DNA from: Chrysomallon squamiferum
Taxonomy: Eukaryota > Animalia > Mollusca
Length of the DNA stretch: 64,000 nucleotides
Direction: 5' to 3'
NCBI GenBank assembly: GCA_012295275.1
Contig: CM022670.1
Span: 29,946,001 to 30,010,000, forward strand
Shown here one piece after another: positions 39,730-53,179 of this stretch. The notes beneath the pieces were generated by a model. That model saw only the letters and a program-made list of their open reading frames with translations, had not been told where the DNA came from and ran no database searches. Each line of letters opens with the position of its first letter. Position 1 is the first letter of the stretch. The translations under genes were made by a program, and so were the position numbers.

Positions 39730-39789
39730 GATGTTTCATTCATGGTTGTAAGCTGAAACAAAAAACACAAAAATTCACTGAAATCGTTG

Positions 39790-40530
39790 CGTTCATTAAA
39801 CGTGACATCTCTAGAACACACTGTTACAGAAGGGACATGAAGAAAAACAGATTTAGCTGCAGTTTCATGTGGTAAGAAGATAATCCTTTGGAATCCCTAA
39901 CCTAGCTTTCAATAAATCTCATTCCAAATGTCTGAACTATGAGGAAATCTCCAAGCTCCGTTCACACGTTTACTCAAAATCAGATCAATCGATATCCAGT
40001 ATGTTATTTACAGCAACAAGATTTTGTTCACGGCTACGGAATGGATCTACTATGACCTTTTCTCTCTTTTTGTATTTATCTTTTATTCTTTTCTTTGTTC
40101 TAGTACTAGCTAACAATGCTGGAAGAATCTGGCTGTCAGGCTTAACCTCTTCATTAACTTCAGAGACTTGTTAGAAAACAATTATTACAGAAGAGATCGG
40201 ACTTCTTCAAACAGGCACATTCTGAACGAAGCTGGATTTAAAGGAATCCTTAGTAAGAAGCCACTTGTTCGTTCACAGCATTAAGCCAGTAATTTATTTC
40301 ATCGGAAGAAGGAATGAATGTGACATCTGCAGAGAACCATTCTGATAGGATCGTGTGCGATCGAGGCGGCGGTCTCCTACGTTCATTCAGCTGTCATCGG
40401 AAGAAAGCGTATGGTTTGACGATATCGGAACATCAATGATGGAGATTTCGTGGCTTGGCACAAAACTGATAGATAAGAGATACGATTCATCTCATAGGCA
40501 GCAGAGACACAAATTAAGATTAGAAACATT
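39790..40530 (+). mobile_element. Highly decayed Tc1-like transposase remnant
   Basis: Fragments RHILNEAGFKG..KKPLVRSQH (~40214-40280) and ..RGGG.. resemble Tc1 'RRILxEAGLxGR..KKPLL' and 'KHGGG'. Many frameshifts; boundaries approximate. Confidence 0.45.
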
Positions 40531-43500
40531 TTGCATCAATTGGTGCCTTGATTGTCAACATTCACTCAAAAGACGCGCGAATCTCACCCTTAAAAATGTT
40601 CTTAAATATTTTGTGAGTGTTTGTGTACAGCATGCTTCCTTATGTTTGCGTAGTTGGAATGTGCGTCAATGTGTGTGTTTTTATATTGTTGTTTTCGTGT
40701 TTATAATGACGCATGTAGTTGTTCTTTCTTTGTTAATTGAATGTGTGGTGGTTCTGGTGAATTTAATAGCGCATGCTTTTGTTTCTGATTAGGTGTTAAT
40801 GGACATGTTTATGTTTGTGTGTGTGAATATGGTCTATGTTAAAGACATTTTAATCAGTGTGTTTGTTATTACTTACTAATTTGAATATCAAGTAAATTCG
40901 TTACAGACTCATTCAGGTACACATTTTAAAAAAAGAATGACAAAGGCAACAACCATATAATTGTATATTTAAGAGTCTCTCTCTCTCTCTCTCTCTCTCA
41001 ATATATATATATATATTTTGAAAATAATGTAATATTATCATATTTTTCTTTCTGATTTTTGAATAATGTATGTATGAACAATTATATTTGTGTGTGCGTA
41101 ATTGACATAATTCTCACAAATAAATATAGCGCTTCCTGACAGCTTTATCTTTTTCACGATAAACATAAAATTTAGTTGGCATGCACCACAGTACATCTAT
41201 AGTATGAGCAGGAATATTAAAAAATTAAAATAGAATTGTACTACATCAGTATGTTAAAATTTATTTATGTTTATTTTATTTGAATGATTGGCATCGGTAT
41301 ATAAATATTAGTTGAACACATATGCATTGGTTTTTAGTTCGATACAGACCAGGATCTGTTTGCACTGGCGATGTAGACAAACAATGGCATTTCCTTTCAT
41401 CATCGTATTTCAGTCTGTTGGGAAAACACTGTTATCTACAGCTTATGGTTTAACTGCAACAGAACATTTATTAACATAATAATAGAGGTAAATAAATTAT
41501 GACCTAAATATGAATAATAATTTGTAAATTTGTAAACTTTATTAATTTTTATTTTTTATTTTTAAAAAAAAAAAATAAAAAAAAAATAATAAAGCGATAT
41601 ATGTATATGTCACCTTTCTGAATCCGATATTGCAGGGAAGTTTGGACTGATTTAAATCGAAATTCAATATTCAACCACCAAATTTTATAAAGATAAAAAA
41701 GGGTGTTTAATCACGTAACTTCTAGTTCGACGATTCCGTACAGATTCACAGATAGTAATGCGAGACCTCATTTTGTTAATGTGTTTGTCGGTACAAACAG
41801 AATATGTGCGTGTGTGTGTGTGCGTGTGTGCGTGCGTGCGCGTCTTATTATTATTTATTACTGGCTGCGGCGGATCTACTTGATATACACGGAAGGTGAA
41901 CTTTAGTAGATAACCAAATTGCATCGTGGCGGAATCTGCTTTACGTTGTGTTAATGTGGCAGTATTATTCTGTGGCTGTCTGTTTATTTATACGACTTCA
42001 TCCACATTTTTGTTTTGCTATTCAATAAATTACTCTTACTCTTTCGTGTCTTCGTCAGTTTTGTCTTTGTTTATTTTTCATTTTCTTGCACTTTTTAACT
42101 CATTGAACATCCATCTGATTTTATAACTCTATTTGAGATAAGGAATATTTTGCATAAAAGTATTGTTAGAGATTAAAATGAAAATATAGTAAATATATGT
42201 AATAGACACAGACCCACAAACACCTCCCCCATTTTTACATTCGCGTCTATACATACATAAATGTATCCACCAATATACATAAAAACAAACGGACATACAC
42301 TAACCCAGAAATATTACAATTACAGATATAAACGTCTACCCCTTGTGTATGTGTGTGTGTGCGCGCGCGCGCGTTTATTTCATGTACGTATGTTTTCTGT
42401 TATCGTAGGGGGTAGATTTATATTTTTCATATATAAATCAATCCATCTATATATGTTTTCAAAAACTTAAATATACATACAAGAAATATCTAACATGAAT
42501 CGTAATCGATCACTGAGTTAATCGTGTACAGAAAATATACAGTGAAGTGTTTATTGTGTGTGTGGGACTAATGGAATAAGTACTTTAACATTGCTGAAAT
42601 AGGCTGGTACAGTTTTGTCATATACCCACCTTGCATTTAATCAGGTGACGACATCCACAAACGCTGGCAAACTCAGGATTGGTGCCATCTACTTTTTGCC
42701 TATTGGCATTTTGTTTTTTCTGCTTTCATTCAAACATTTATATCATCCTTACAGATCACGAAATTTGTTTCAAGTCTTAGTATTTTATCGCTGTGAAAAC
42801 GGCATTTCCTCATTTAAAATCTCGTTTTCCATTACATCTTCTCCTTTCTCCGCGTCTCATTCGATTTTAAAACGTAAATGCTAAAACTAATGACTCATTG
42901 ATTCAACCGACTCGACACCTACCGTTTCAACCGCTCACAACTAAATTTGTCATTAACTACTAGGCGCCGCTCAGCACATTTAAGTCATCTTGCTGGCGCG
43001 TCGATTCTTCTTTTTGTCAAACCTACGACAATGTACATGGAGAGTCATATTATGAGTCACCCACGAGAGCAACTTCATTTGCGTCAAAGGACAGTAATGG
43101 TCAAGTTTGTTAAACATCTCTGCACGATCGTCATTTAGATTGGCTTGTAAAATTTTAATGAATGAATGAATGAAATTTGTAAGATAAATATTAGAGTACT
43201 TTCATTTTGTGATGACGACTAAACGAACGGCAATACATTTAATGATGAAACCAGTGTTTGAATATTAATTGTGTATGTATGTATGTGTGTATGTGTGTGT
43301 GTATGTATACGTGTATATATACGTGTGCGCGTGTGTGTGGGTTCATGGTCTTTACTAATTTAATGATGATGATGATGATGATAATAATAATAGTGGTACC
43401 AATAGCAGTAGTGATAGCAATAGTATCAGTATCGATTATTATGAAAGCAATAACACTAATAATACTAAATAAAATTAATAACTAAATAAACGAACAAAAT

Positions 43501-45690
43501 AAAAAATAAAAAACAAAGAAACAAAACAAACGTATAAACAAACAAACAAACAAACAAACACACAAACTAACTAACTAAATAAATAAATAAATAAAATACA
43601 CAGGAGTTTGCTGTTAATCACAAGATATTTCTTATTTCACGACAGTCGCTTTATCTTCTTTACTATTTATTACATGTACGTGTCAGACAAACAGTAACGT
43701 AATCTAGAAGCCAAATTAGTGAAAACACGGTTAGTTAGTAACGTAGGCGGGCAGGATTATATTCCTTAATTATATTCGATTAATATATATCGAAGAGTTC
43801 TTCGTATTTTCCAGTGGCATAGCTAATGTTAGTGATAGTTATTCTGAAAACTATTCAAACTGGCAATACAGCAACTACTACAGTTAGTACAACAGCAGCT
43901 ACAACACATATAATACTCCAGATATTAATAGTACAGCTATGTACTACTACTACTACTACTACTACTACTGTCACCACCTTATCCACCATCACCATATCAA
44001 TAGAAACAACAAATTGCAAAAAATGTTAAACAAATAAAATAAAATAAGACTAATAAGAATAAAAATTTACTGTCGCTACTACAATTACCACCACTATTGG
44101 TACTACCTCTACAACAGTTACTGCTGCTAATATTACTACAGCTGTTATTATTACTAATAACAATCAAAATTATAATATCAAATTAACCATTATGAAATCA
44201 TTATTAGAATTCATATCTTTTTTTACTGCTAATACTGCTACAAGTACAGTTATTGCTAATGTTATTATTTCTACAAACACTGTACTACTACTACTCATTC
44301 TGCTCTTCCATTTTCTAAAACAATTAATGATATTAATAGGAACTACTAATTCAGCAGTGGCGAAATTATTATTATTATTAATGATATACTGATAGGTAAA
44401 TCGAAATCAAATCGTTTGTCGTTAGTCTGCAGTGCTGCTATGAATTACATATTATTGCATAACTAGCAGGTAAGCTTTTTTAAACTTTAAAATCTATATT
44501 TTATGTGATACTTGAATAATCCTAGGTCGTAAGTACATACATTAATGATGAAATGTGATTTTAAAGAAAAGAACAAAAAAAATATGATAAAGTGTGATGA
44601 TAGGAGCGCTTTTTTTTTAACAGCACCTACATTTAATCTGACTTGTTATAGTTATTGCTGCTGCTGCTGCTGCTTCTGCTGTTGTTGTTGTTGTTAGTAT
44701 TATTATTATTATCGGTTTTCCTACACATAATAACTTTTTTCTGGGTTCCCTGGTTAATGTATGACAACATATTTTTATATTTACGTATTGAAATTAATCT
44801 AAAGTAAATAAGTAGAAAAAATATTTTATTGTATGAAATAAAAAATAATTTCTAACAGAATGCTAATCCTTCTGTGTGCACCGTGAATCAATCTGAAATA
44901 CTTGAAAACCTCTGCATGGTCTGGTTTATTAATTTTCCATATTGGTCTACTTACGCTTTCATCACATGCGTACAAATAATAAGGAAGAGAGAGAGTGGAA
45001 GAAAGAGAAATAAAGCGTGTGTTTTGATTAAATAATTCAGTGAATTTCTAAGATGAGTATTTTTGAAGATTGATTAAATTCTGATGGAAGCAAAAGATGA
45101 TGATATGTTTGACATATTGCATAGATCAATAATTAAAATAATAACAATAACAATAAAAAAAAAATAATAATAATAATAGTATGAAAAAATAACTATCAAC
45201 ACCATAATATAACAATAATAACAATAACAATAATATAATAAATAATAATAATAATAATATAAAAAAAAATATCATCACGACGATAATCATGCTGCTATTA
45301 CTAATAATAATAACATCCATGCAGATTCTTCGAAATAAATTTGTAATAATTTACAAATAAAAGACATATGTTCAAAATTTGCATTTATATAAATGTGGAT
45401 GACAAGTAATATTTTTAACAACTATTTTAAAAGATTTGTCTTTATTCAAATATTAAAATCCAGTAAGAAAGGAATCAACAGGAATCGAAAAAAACCCTGC
45501 ATTAATGAAGTGATTTCATTTATTTCAGTGAGATAATGGCTAAAATTTGAGCAAACGTCAACATATTTTAATAAAATTCACTTTGAGATTAAAAGTCTTT
45601 CTTTAAAGCTACCATAATATGTCAAAGATGCACGATAAATACAAAAACCGACAGAACGCAAGATCAACTGCAGTGTTTCATCACAGAGAG

Positions 45691-46036
45691 GACTGCCACT
45701 CTGTCAACATTTGCTTGACTGAAAGGAGCACGGTGCTTCTTCTACTCTTTCAATTATCCTGTCTAAATTAATGTCTAATAAGTACCTAATTTACAATCAT
45801 AAAATGTCATGGCTATATTAGAAGGATGTAAATTCGAAGTAGATTTCACAAATGTTCTACCTGTAGGAAGATTGCCACTCTGTCACGATTTCCTTAACTG
45901 ATCTGAACCCATTAATTCTTCTACTGTTCCAATCATCCTGTCATTGACTACGTGTCTATTTAATAGTAAGTATCTGTATAAAATAAACATTTTGATACCC
46001 AGTTTAGAAGGACGCACATTCTAAGTGGCTGGATTT
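45691..46036. repeat. Diverged tandem duplication, ~180-bp unit x2
   Basis: TGCCACTCTGTCA..TTCTTCTACT..CAAT.ATCCTGTC..TTAGAAGGA...ATTC.AAGT occurs at 45691-45846 and 45870-46036. Confidence 0.8.
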
Positions 46037-46560
46037 CTCTTTCATTTCCTTTAGTACCAGTATTTAAAATGCTTTGTTTTCATTACATCTTCCTGACTAA
46101 GAAATGTTCCTTCTTCAGGTTAGGTAAAGCATTTGAACACCAGAGTGGGTATGTTAAAAACAAACAACAAACAAACAAACAAACAAACAATAAAAATAAT
46201 AGATAAATAAAATAAAAACAGTTAAACAACAACAACAACGAAAGAAAACAAAACCTAACAATACGAAAAGAAAGTATTTATTTAACGTTTCATAAGATAA
46301 TCACAATGTAGTTATAGTAATAAGCGATTAAAAACAATTCTCTTGACATATTGCAGTTTATGATATTCCTGCAGATTATTACCTGGTAAAAAAGTTAATA
46401 AAATGAATAAATAAAAACAGAAAAACGAAAACGAAGAAGAAAAAACCGAAGAAACCAAGTAAAACATGAATAACCGCTGTACGAGTAATAAACGAATGCA
46501 AATATTTCATCTTAATCATTCTTTGCATAATTGTGTTGTCTGTAAGAATTGCGTGGTTAC

Positions 46561-46680
46561 CTGATTTCTGAGAAAAGCACACTTTTCCATGAACCGTTAA
46601 TTAAACCTGCATAATCTGTTCATACCCGGAAGTAAACAATGTCCCTTGTTGCTACACTTCCTGTGCAATGACGTCAAAGT
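46561..46680 (-). promoter_or_regulatory. Candidate promoter/enhancer motif cluster (ETS, Fox, RFX half-site, ETS, CRE) next to a minus-strand donor
   Basis: CCGGAAGT 46626-33, GTAAACA 46632-38, GTTGCTAC 46648-55, ACTTCCTGT 46656-64 and TGACGTCA 46669-76 lie within 51 bp; CAG|gtaacc donor at 46560. Confidence 0.35.
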
Positions 46681-49600
46681 GGCATTATTTGCCATCTGTT
46701 TCATCTCGCCTACTTGAATATTTAATGGTCCGAGATTGAGTTCAGTGGTGGAATGAACTCCTACAATGACAGTTTTATTTTCTTTTGAAAAAAGAATCGT
46801 GACTTCCTACGGTATCAGTCAATGTTAAGTGTCTAATTACTTATCTACCTACATATCTCTATTTCTCGCCTGTTTGAGTTACTTCTTCACATATTACATT
46901 AATCTGCAATCATTTGTATAGAGTACTTGTTTTAGGCTTCCTATGGCTACTCCGTGCAAAATACTCATAAAGCTCTGAACATTCACGTAGCAGTTATAAT
47001 ATGTTGAAAAATGCACATTCCCTTTACATCGTTTTAAAGAAATACAGCAAGACTATAATACATAAAACCTGTTATTACTGCCATCAGAACAAGCAAAGCC
47101 ACTATTATGTTATCTGTAAACATTTTGTAAATATTCATGTATGAACATTTATGTTGATTAGTATGCATGCCTTATGCACCGATAACGTTTAACCACTTGT
47201 TATTTGCTTTTGTTTATTTGTTTTGCTCTGCTAAGCAACAAAATCATCATACTCGAGTCTGCCACATGAACTAGAATATAGGCCAGTGGTGGTAATGACA
47301 TCCAGTGTGTTAGACAAACATTCCACAAATAGGAGATTTGTCGTGAGTGTACTCATTAACAAACAACACTGGGGTAGACAAATCAGACATAACATAGTAC
47401 TCCTTCACGAGACCCGTCGAGGAAGCGATATCATTAATAAAACACACATTGCAATTGTTTTCTTTTGTTCTCTTCGTCAGTGTTTTATCGAGGCGTTTCT
47501 CTAAAGTCCACTGATCGATCGATATTTCGTTTATTTGGACTGGAATCATTTACAGCGATTATGCTGAGATTATGTTAAATGGGACTGTCACGTGATGGGT
47601 TCGGGTCTTGGTACTGATTGATAATTAATTAACTAACTGAAAGATCAGCAGAAGAGTACACCCACAAGATGAAGATTAGTTCTTTTACATAATATTTAAT
47701 TCTATTGCTCGTATATAAAATAAAAAATAAAAATAAAAACATACCATATATACACAAACACATGTAACAAAATTTACATACGTTGACACACTCATGGACA
47801 CGTACACACATACACATACATGCATTCATACATAGATACATGCACATAAAATATACTCAAATTTGTTATAACGGATAGTTAATATAAATTTTCTGTCAAT
47901 ATGTTTAATTAACATGTCTGTCTGTCTGTCTTTTTGTCTGTCTGTTCATCGTTTTATCTAGCTACCGGTCAACTACTACATTTTCAGTTATTAATCTAAA
48001 CATTTAGATTCAAATTACCATTAGGCATTTAAAACTATTTATGCAAATGAATAGTCTTCACTTTGTAATCAATATCTGAATCCACTTTTTTGTTTATTGA
48101 CCTGTTTCTTTACATTAACAGAAAAGATTACAAGACCGTGGAATTAGGCCACTGGTCTCAGATGTTAAAGTCAAAAGATTTAATTGGTTTAAAATTTGCT
48201 TCAGATAATTAGAAACCTTGGAAGTCAATGATGATGGGATTACCACACAGGAAGAAAACCATGTAAAAAACGAGAAGTCTGAGACAAACGACAGGAGCGA
48301 AGGCAGAGTTTTAGAATTACTGAGCTCAATTTACGTTTCGAAATTTGATGAGTTTCATTACAATGAAACAAAATAATAAATCAAAATTAAAATCGAAACA
48401 GAAAAAAAAAAAGAGTGAAAAAAAGTATAAAGAAAAGCGGCACGTCGCTATGGCACGCCCCTAGTTACGCATGCGACATTGTTCAGCTGTAATTATAATT
48501 TCTTTTCTTCTTTTCCTTAATTCAAAAAAAGAAGAAAAACTTTGATAAAAAACTGCTAATATACTGACGTCAGTGAGAGTTGCTAAGTTACTAATGTGAT
48601 TTCAAGGAGGTCTGTGTGTTTTTGTTAAGAAGTAAAGGAAAGAAAAAATTCAATACAATAAGAGGAAAATAAAAGCGAGCAAGAAATTAACACGAATTAT
48701 TCTTTTCATCTTCTTCTACAGCTTCTGGTTCTCGTTGTTGTTGTTGTTGTTCTTATTCTTTGTCCGTCTTGTTTTTCTTGATCTGATTTTGATATAAAAT
48801 ATAGAAAAATTCAGTTATTTCAAAATTCTAGAACTGAATGACACGAAACAATCATTGGAAACAAAATTTTCAAAATTTTCTGCTCTTATTTCATGCTAAC
48901 ATTTCAATTGTATTTTGAGACACATGTAAAAAACACAATTTGATATGCGATTCTATGCGGCATTATAAGAGAAATGATACGTTCACCCCAACCATGAGAT
49001 CCACATATATAATTATATGTATATATAAACCGGATCCACTTGGGACCAATAAGATATGCCATTTTAGACACAGTATCGGTTTGAAAAGATAAAAATGACA
49101 TACAATTAGAATATGTTTTAATATAAATGTTACAGTTAAACCTGTTTAGAGTGTCAGCTGAAAAATAGTCCATGTTTAACATCTGTTACAAAAATCTGCT
49201 TTCGGTAGCAGCAGCAATTTAATAACGTCAGTGTATGAAAGTTAGGTCATTGTGTGTGTCTTCAATTGATTCAGATGTTTTAATTTGCCGGTTGTTACTC
49301 ATTGCCGAAATGTTGGTTTCGTACGATTGCCGGTAATGGTCACCACATTTTAAAAATTAACTACTCTCTGTCTTCATATTTCAAACTGCAGAGGCCGGGT
49401 TCACGCGAGGGTACGACGTGCGAAAATACTTGCCCTGTAGCCCTAAACTTAGCCTTACTTTTAACCCGCAGAAAAATCTAAATTGCTTTTATTTTTTTAT
49501 TTTTTTATTTTTTTAAATTTTATTTATTTATTTTATTATTAATATTTATTTATTTATTTATTTTTAAATATATCATATGGAAGATAAAAGTGTCGATACG

Positions 49601-50376
49601 TTTTGCCTCCATTTTTTCCAGTGATCATGTGAACACATTTTGTAATCGGATAGCGGACTTTAAATTATATTGTTATAAATCATAGCTGCAAAAGTGCTTT
49701 GTCTTAATGTTGTGATTAGACTTTGACAATAAACATAGGTCTTTTAAATTTGTATACAAATTAAATTAACTGAGACAGACATGATAACTGACTGTACTTA
49801 ATTACATGGTTATGGCCCGCAAAGTCGACAAATGATCTTAAAATTGTGTCTACTTAGCAGGACAAGCTGAAATGTACCAGTGAGGATCTGTCGATGTCCC
49901 GGTACTCATTAATTGCCGTTTTACCTGGCTGACGCTGTGCGCAGTCAAGAGGTAACAACGAGAAGATACTGTACCGCAGCTATTACTACTACTACTACTG
50001 TTACTACAATTCAATTTCTGTTCAGTTTATTTATTTGCCAAAGTCAGCATGACTATAAACAAGACAGACAAGAATACAGTTATAAAACAGAAACAGTTGT
50101 ATAATAGGCTATAGTATACAAACACAGGAATAAAAAAATTAATCGTAAGAATTAGGATAATAAAAATATAAACATATAGTTGTTATATATATGTAGTTAC
50201 AAATTAAATTACATATTTTATATTTTATTTTATTTTTTGAAGACAAAAGATTGATTATGTTAAAAGTAGATGGTCTTGTATACAAATATTTCTTTAAATA
50301 TGATACTCTAATATCATTATAAAATAAACATTTTGATGAAAAATGGAATTCATCTTCAATGCCTCCACTGTCAAAA

Positions 50377-50431
<55 letters not shown>

Positions 50432-50459
50432 CAACAACAACAACAACAAAAAATCCACA

Positions 50460-50540
50460 CCAATGGGTCTACCAAGAAGGCTCGATCCTATGTGTCAAGT
50501 ATCCCACTAGAAAGGCTCTACCGATGGAGGTTAATCCGAA
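50460..50540 (-). mobile_element. tRNA-SINE head fragment nested in the MULE element
   Basis: CAATGGGTCTACC..GCTCGATCCT..CTCTACCGATGGAG reads as the reverse complement of an A/B-box head. Confidence 0.35.
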
Positions 50541-50575
50541 TTCATATCGCTGGTAACGTTATGGGTATTAACTAA

Positions 50576-50624
<49 letters not shown>

Positions 50625-50626
<2 letters not shown>

Positions 50627-51201
50627 ATGTTCCATCTGAAAATACAACATAGCATCATACAACAACTCCAAGTTCTTGTCATTTGTGAAGATCAGTATTA
50701 GGTCTCCTCCTTCAGTTCTGTGTAGAAAAGGATCTCCTCCCTCGGTGCGGGTCCTCTCTCCTTCTAAACTGATATCCTGTCCTGTCCTGGGTAGTCGGGG
50801 TAGGGTTTTGTGTCACTGTCGGTATAGTATTGTCTTAATGGCACTAAAACGTGGAACCTCCACTAACAATCCGTTATAAAAAAAGTCGTGGTTTTCCTGA
50901 GATTGGAAATCTCATCGGCGTCAATCTTAGGAACTGGCGTTGTTTCCATTTTAGCTCGGTCCGTGACTTTCGCCTTAAACGCATCAACAGCTTAATAAAT
51001 GGCACCGCCGCGAGGTTGTGCTGTATCTGGTCTGCCATCTGGAGCATGTTGTCCACAGTCACAACGTAGGCTCTGCATTCACCTGCAGTAAATTTTCTCT
51101 CCACACTTTCTATTCCTGCGAAATTTGTGCTGGTTGTAATACAAATGTCGTCCGCCTATTAACATGTCGATAAACGTCACTCTAACTTGTGCAGCTGCCA
51201 T
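50625..51201 (-). pseudogene. Truncated FLYWCH-MULE transposase pseudogene
   Basis: MAAAQVRVTFIDMLIGGRHLYYNQHKFRRNRKCGEKIYCR*..CRAYVVTVD..QHN (FLYWCH finger), then ..ILYRQ*HKTLPRLPRT..LEGERTRTEGGDPFL..ILIFTNDKNLELL../VFSDGTF (first catalytic Asp). It is cut off there by an (AAAT)n tract. Confidence 0.8.
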
Positions 51202-52404
51202 AATGTTAAACGTAAACTAGTTTTCCATTTTGATATAGAACTTTATATAGATTAAACCGGGAAAAGAACCAATGTACAAGTGCCTTCTCAGTATAACAGA
51301 AAGGTAAATTTACTACCCAAAACAGTAAATTGGTAGAGCATAATAGAGCAAATAAAAAAAATTAAAAATAAAACACTCAGGTACCTACTCAATTAATGGA
51401 AGCCTAATTACAAATCTACAACGAACAGTAATCACATAACATTTTACTTCAGGGGTCTCTTCTCGTTGTTAACAAAAAAGGCGTCTCGTAACTGCAGCGC
51501 AGAACTTACAAACTATTAGAAATGTCTACGTCCTGGTACTAAACAAAATAGATTTGTCGACTTCCCGGGCCGACACCAATTACATGTACAGTAAAGATTA
51601 CAATTAACAAACCAACATAAGTAGAGGACCGAAACTCAAGATAGCAGGCTGCTAGAAACTGTAAACAAACAAAAGAATAAAATTGTATTAAATAATTTTA
51701 TCACTCCTGGCATGAATCTGTATATATTTTGTTAAAGGCGCTGATTTATTAGAAACCAGAACGTCGATGTTTAATTTTATGTTTGTGACAGTAACTTAGT
51801 TTTGTCGTATTACTGTTTAATTTTGCCTTAATATTTATATTTTTATATCTAGCATGAACCCAGTTTAGCTAAACCTTTCTGCTTATACAGTGGATTTGAT
51901 GAAAACTCTTCTGTTAATTTTGTTTTTAAACTTTCGGTATGTTGCCGTATTCGACGAATTCAATAAGACAATGCAAAATGTGCGCAATACATATTTATAC
52001 AGAATTCTGCTTTTAAACGAATTCTAAACGAGCGAATTCACTTCGGTATCAGTATACACTAAATAATAATCTTGTTCGTTTAGCAGCATATAAATATTAC
52101 AAGAAGTTTATTAAGCCTTCAAAGAGACGCGGTCTTTTCATCTCACACGGTAATTACGTGCAAATTGCCGCTATTGTTTAACAATTGATCGTATTTGCTG
52201 ATTGTGTGCCGATGTTGACAAAACTAATTACTATACAACTTGTTCTTCAGTTCTGGAATTTACATAGAGAAATCCAAAGAAGAAAGCATTCGGATTAGAT
52301 AGGGTTTTGTTCATAACAGATTAACGATAGATGGACGGGACTTTAAAATGGTGCCGGTATCATGGAAATCCGGTTTAGTCAAACGGCGATTTTCACTATA
52401 TATA

Positions 52405-53064
52405 CAGTGGTACTCGTGATACAAATTTTTCGAGTTACGAGCAGCCGACCGGTAGATTTTGCTTTGAGTTCCGAGCCAAAATTCGAGTTACGAGAGAACT
52501 TCAGATACGCCGCCGCTAGTTGATACAACGAACAACACAACATCCGCCCAGCATACCGCGTCTCACTCGTTCACTTCGCTTGGTTACCTCGTAAGAAAGT
52601 GAGTGCAAAGGACTGTGCTGAGAAGAAAAAGCGGATGATGTCCACTGAATTAAAGCATGAAATCATAAAAAAACATGAGCGAGGTGTTCGTGTAGTCGAC
52701 TTAGCTAGGCAGTACGAGCGTAGTACTTCTACGATATGTACCACACTGAAGCAGAAGGAGTCGATGAAGGCTGTAACTCCAGCCAAATGCGTTAAAATAA
52801 TTAGTCTGATCTCCAAGATAAACACACTTTACAAAACCAATTTATTTCTTTACATTCTCTTTCATTTTCTTTTTATACAGTATTTGTCATTTATAAATAT
52901 ATTTTTCTTATTTAAAAATGGTTTATAAAAAAAAAAAAAATGGGGATTTTTTGGGGGATGGAATGGAATAATGGTATTTCAATTAATTTCAGTTGGGAAA
53001 ATTGATTTGATATACAAGTAAATTGAGTTACGAGCTCTGGCACGTAACGAATTAAACTCGTAAG
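52405..53064 (+). mobile_element. Tigger/pogo deletion derivative retaining the N-terminal CENP-B/psq-type HTH of the transposase
   Basis: TA|CAGTGGTAC start. ORF 52599-52800 SAKDCAEKKKRMMSTELKHEIIKKHERGVRVVDLARQYERSTSTICTTLKQKE. End ...CGAATTAAACTCGTAAG runs into (TA)n. Confidence 0.85.
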
Positions 53065-53075
53065 ACATATATGTG

Positions 53076-53179
<104 letters not shown>

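Larger units (their letters stand above)
49808..51577 (-). mobile_element. Non-autonomous Mutator-superfamily (FLYWCH-MULE) element with imperfect TIRs and target-site duplication
   Basis: Left end GGTTATGGCCCGCAAAGTCGACAAAT versus right-end reverse complement GGTGTCGGCCCGGGAAGTCGACAAAT. Second shared inverted block TAACAACGAGAAGA (49953-66 / 51458-71). Flanked by AATTACAT(G) at 49800-07 and 51578-85. Confidence 0.82.

Noticed and set aside
50874-51104. 76-aa ORF as an independent gene
   Set aside because: It is one frameshifted piece of the MULE transposase pseudogene.
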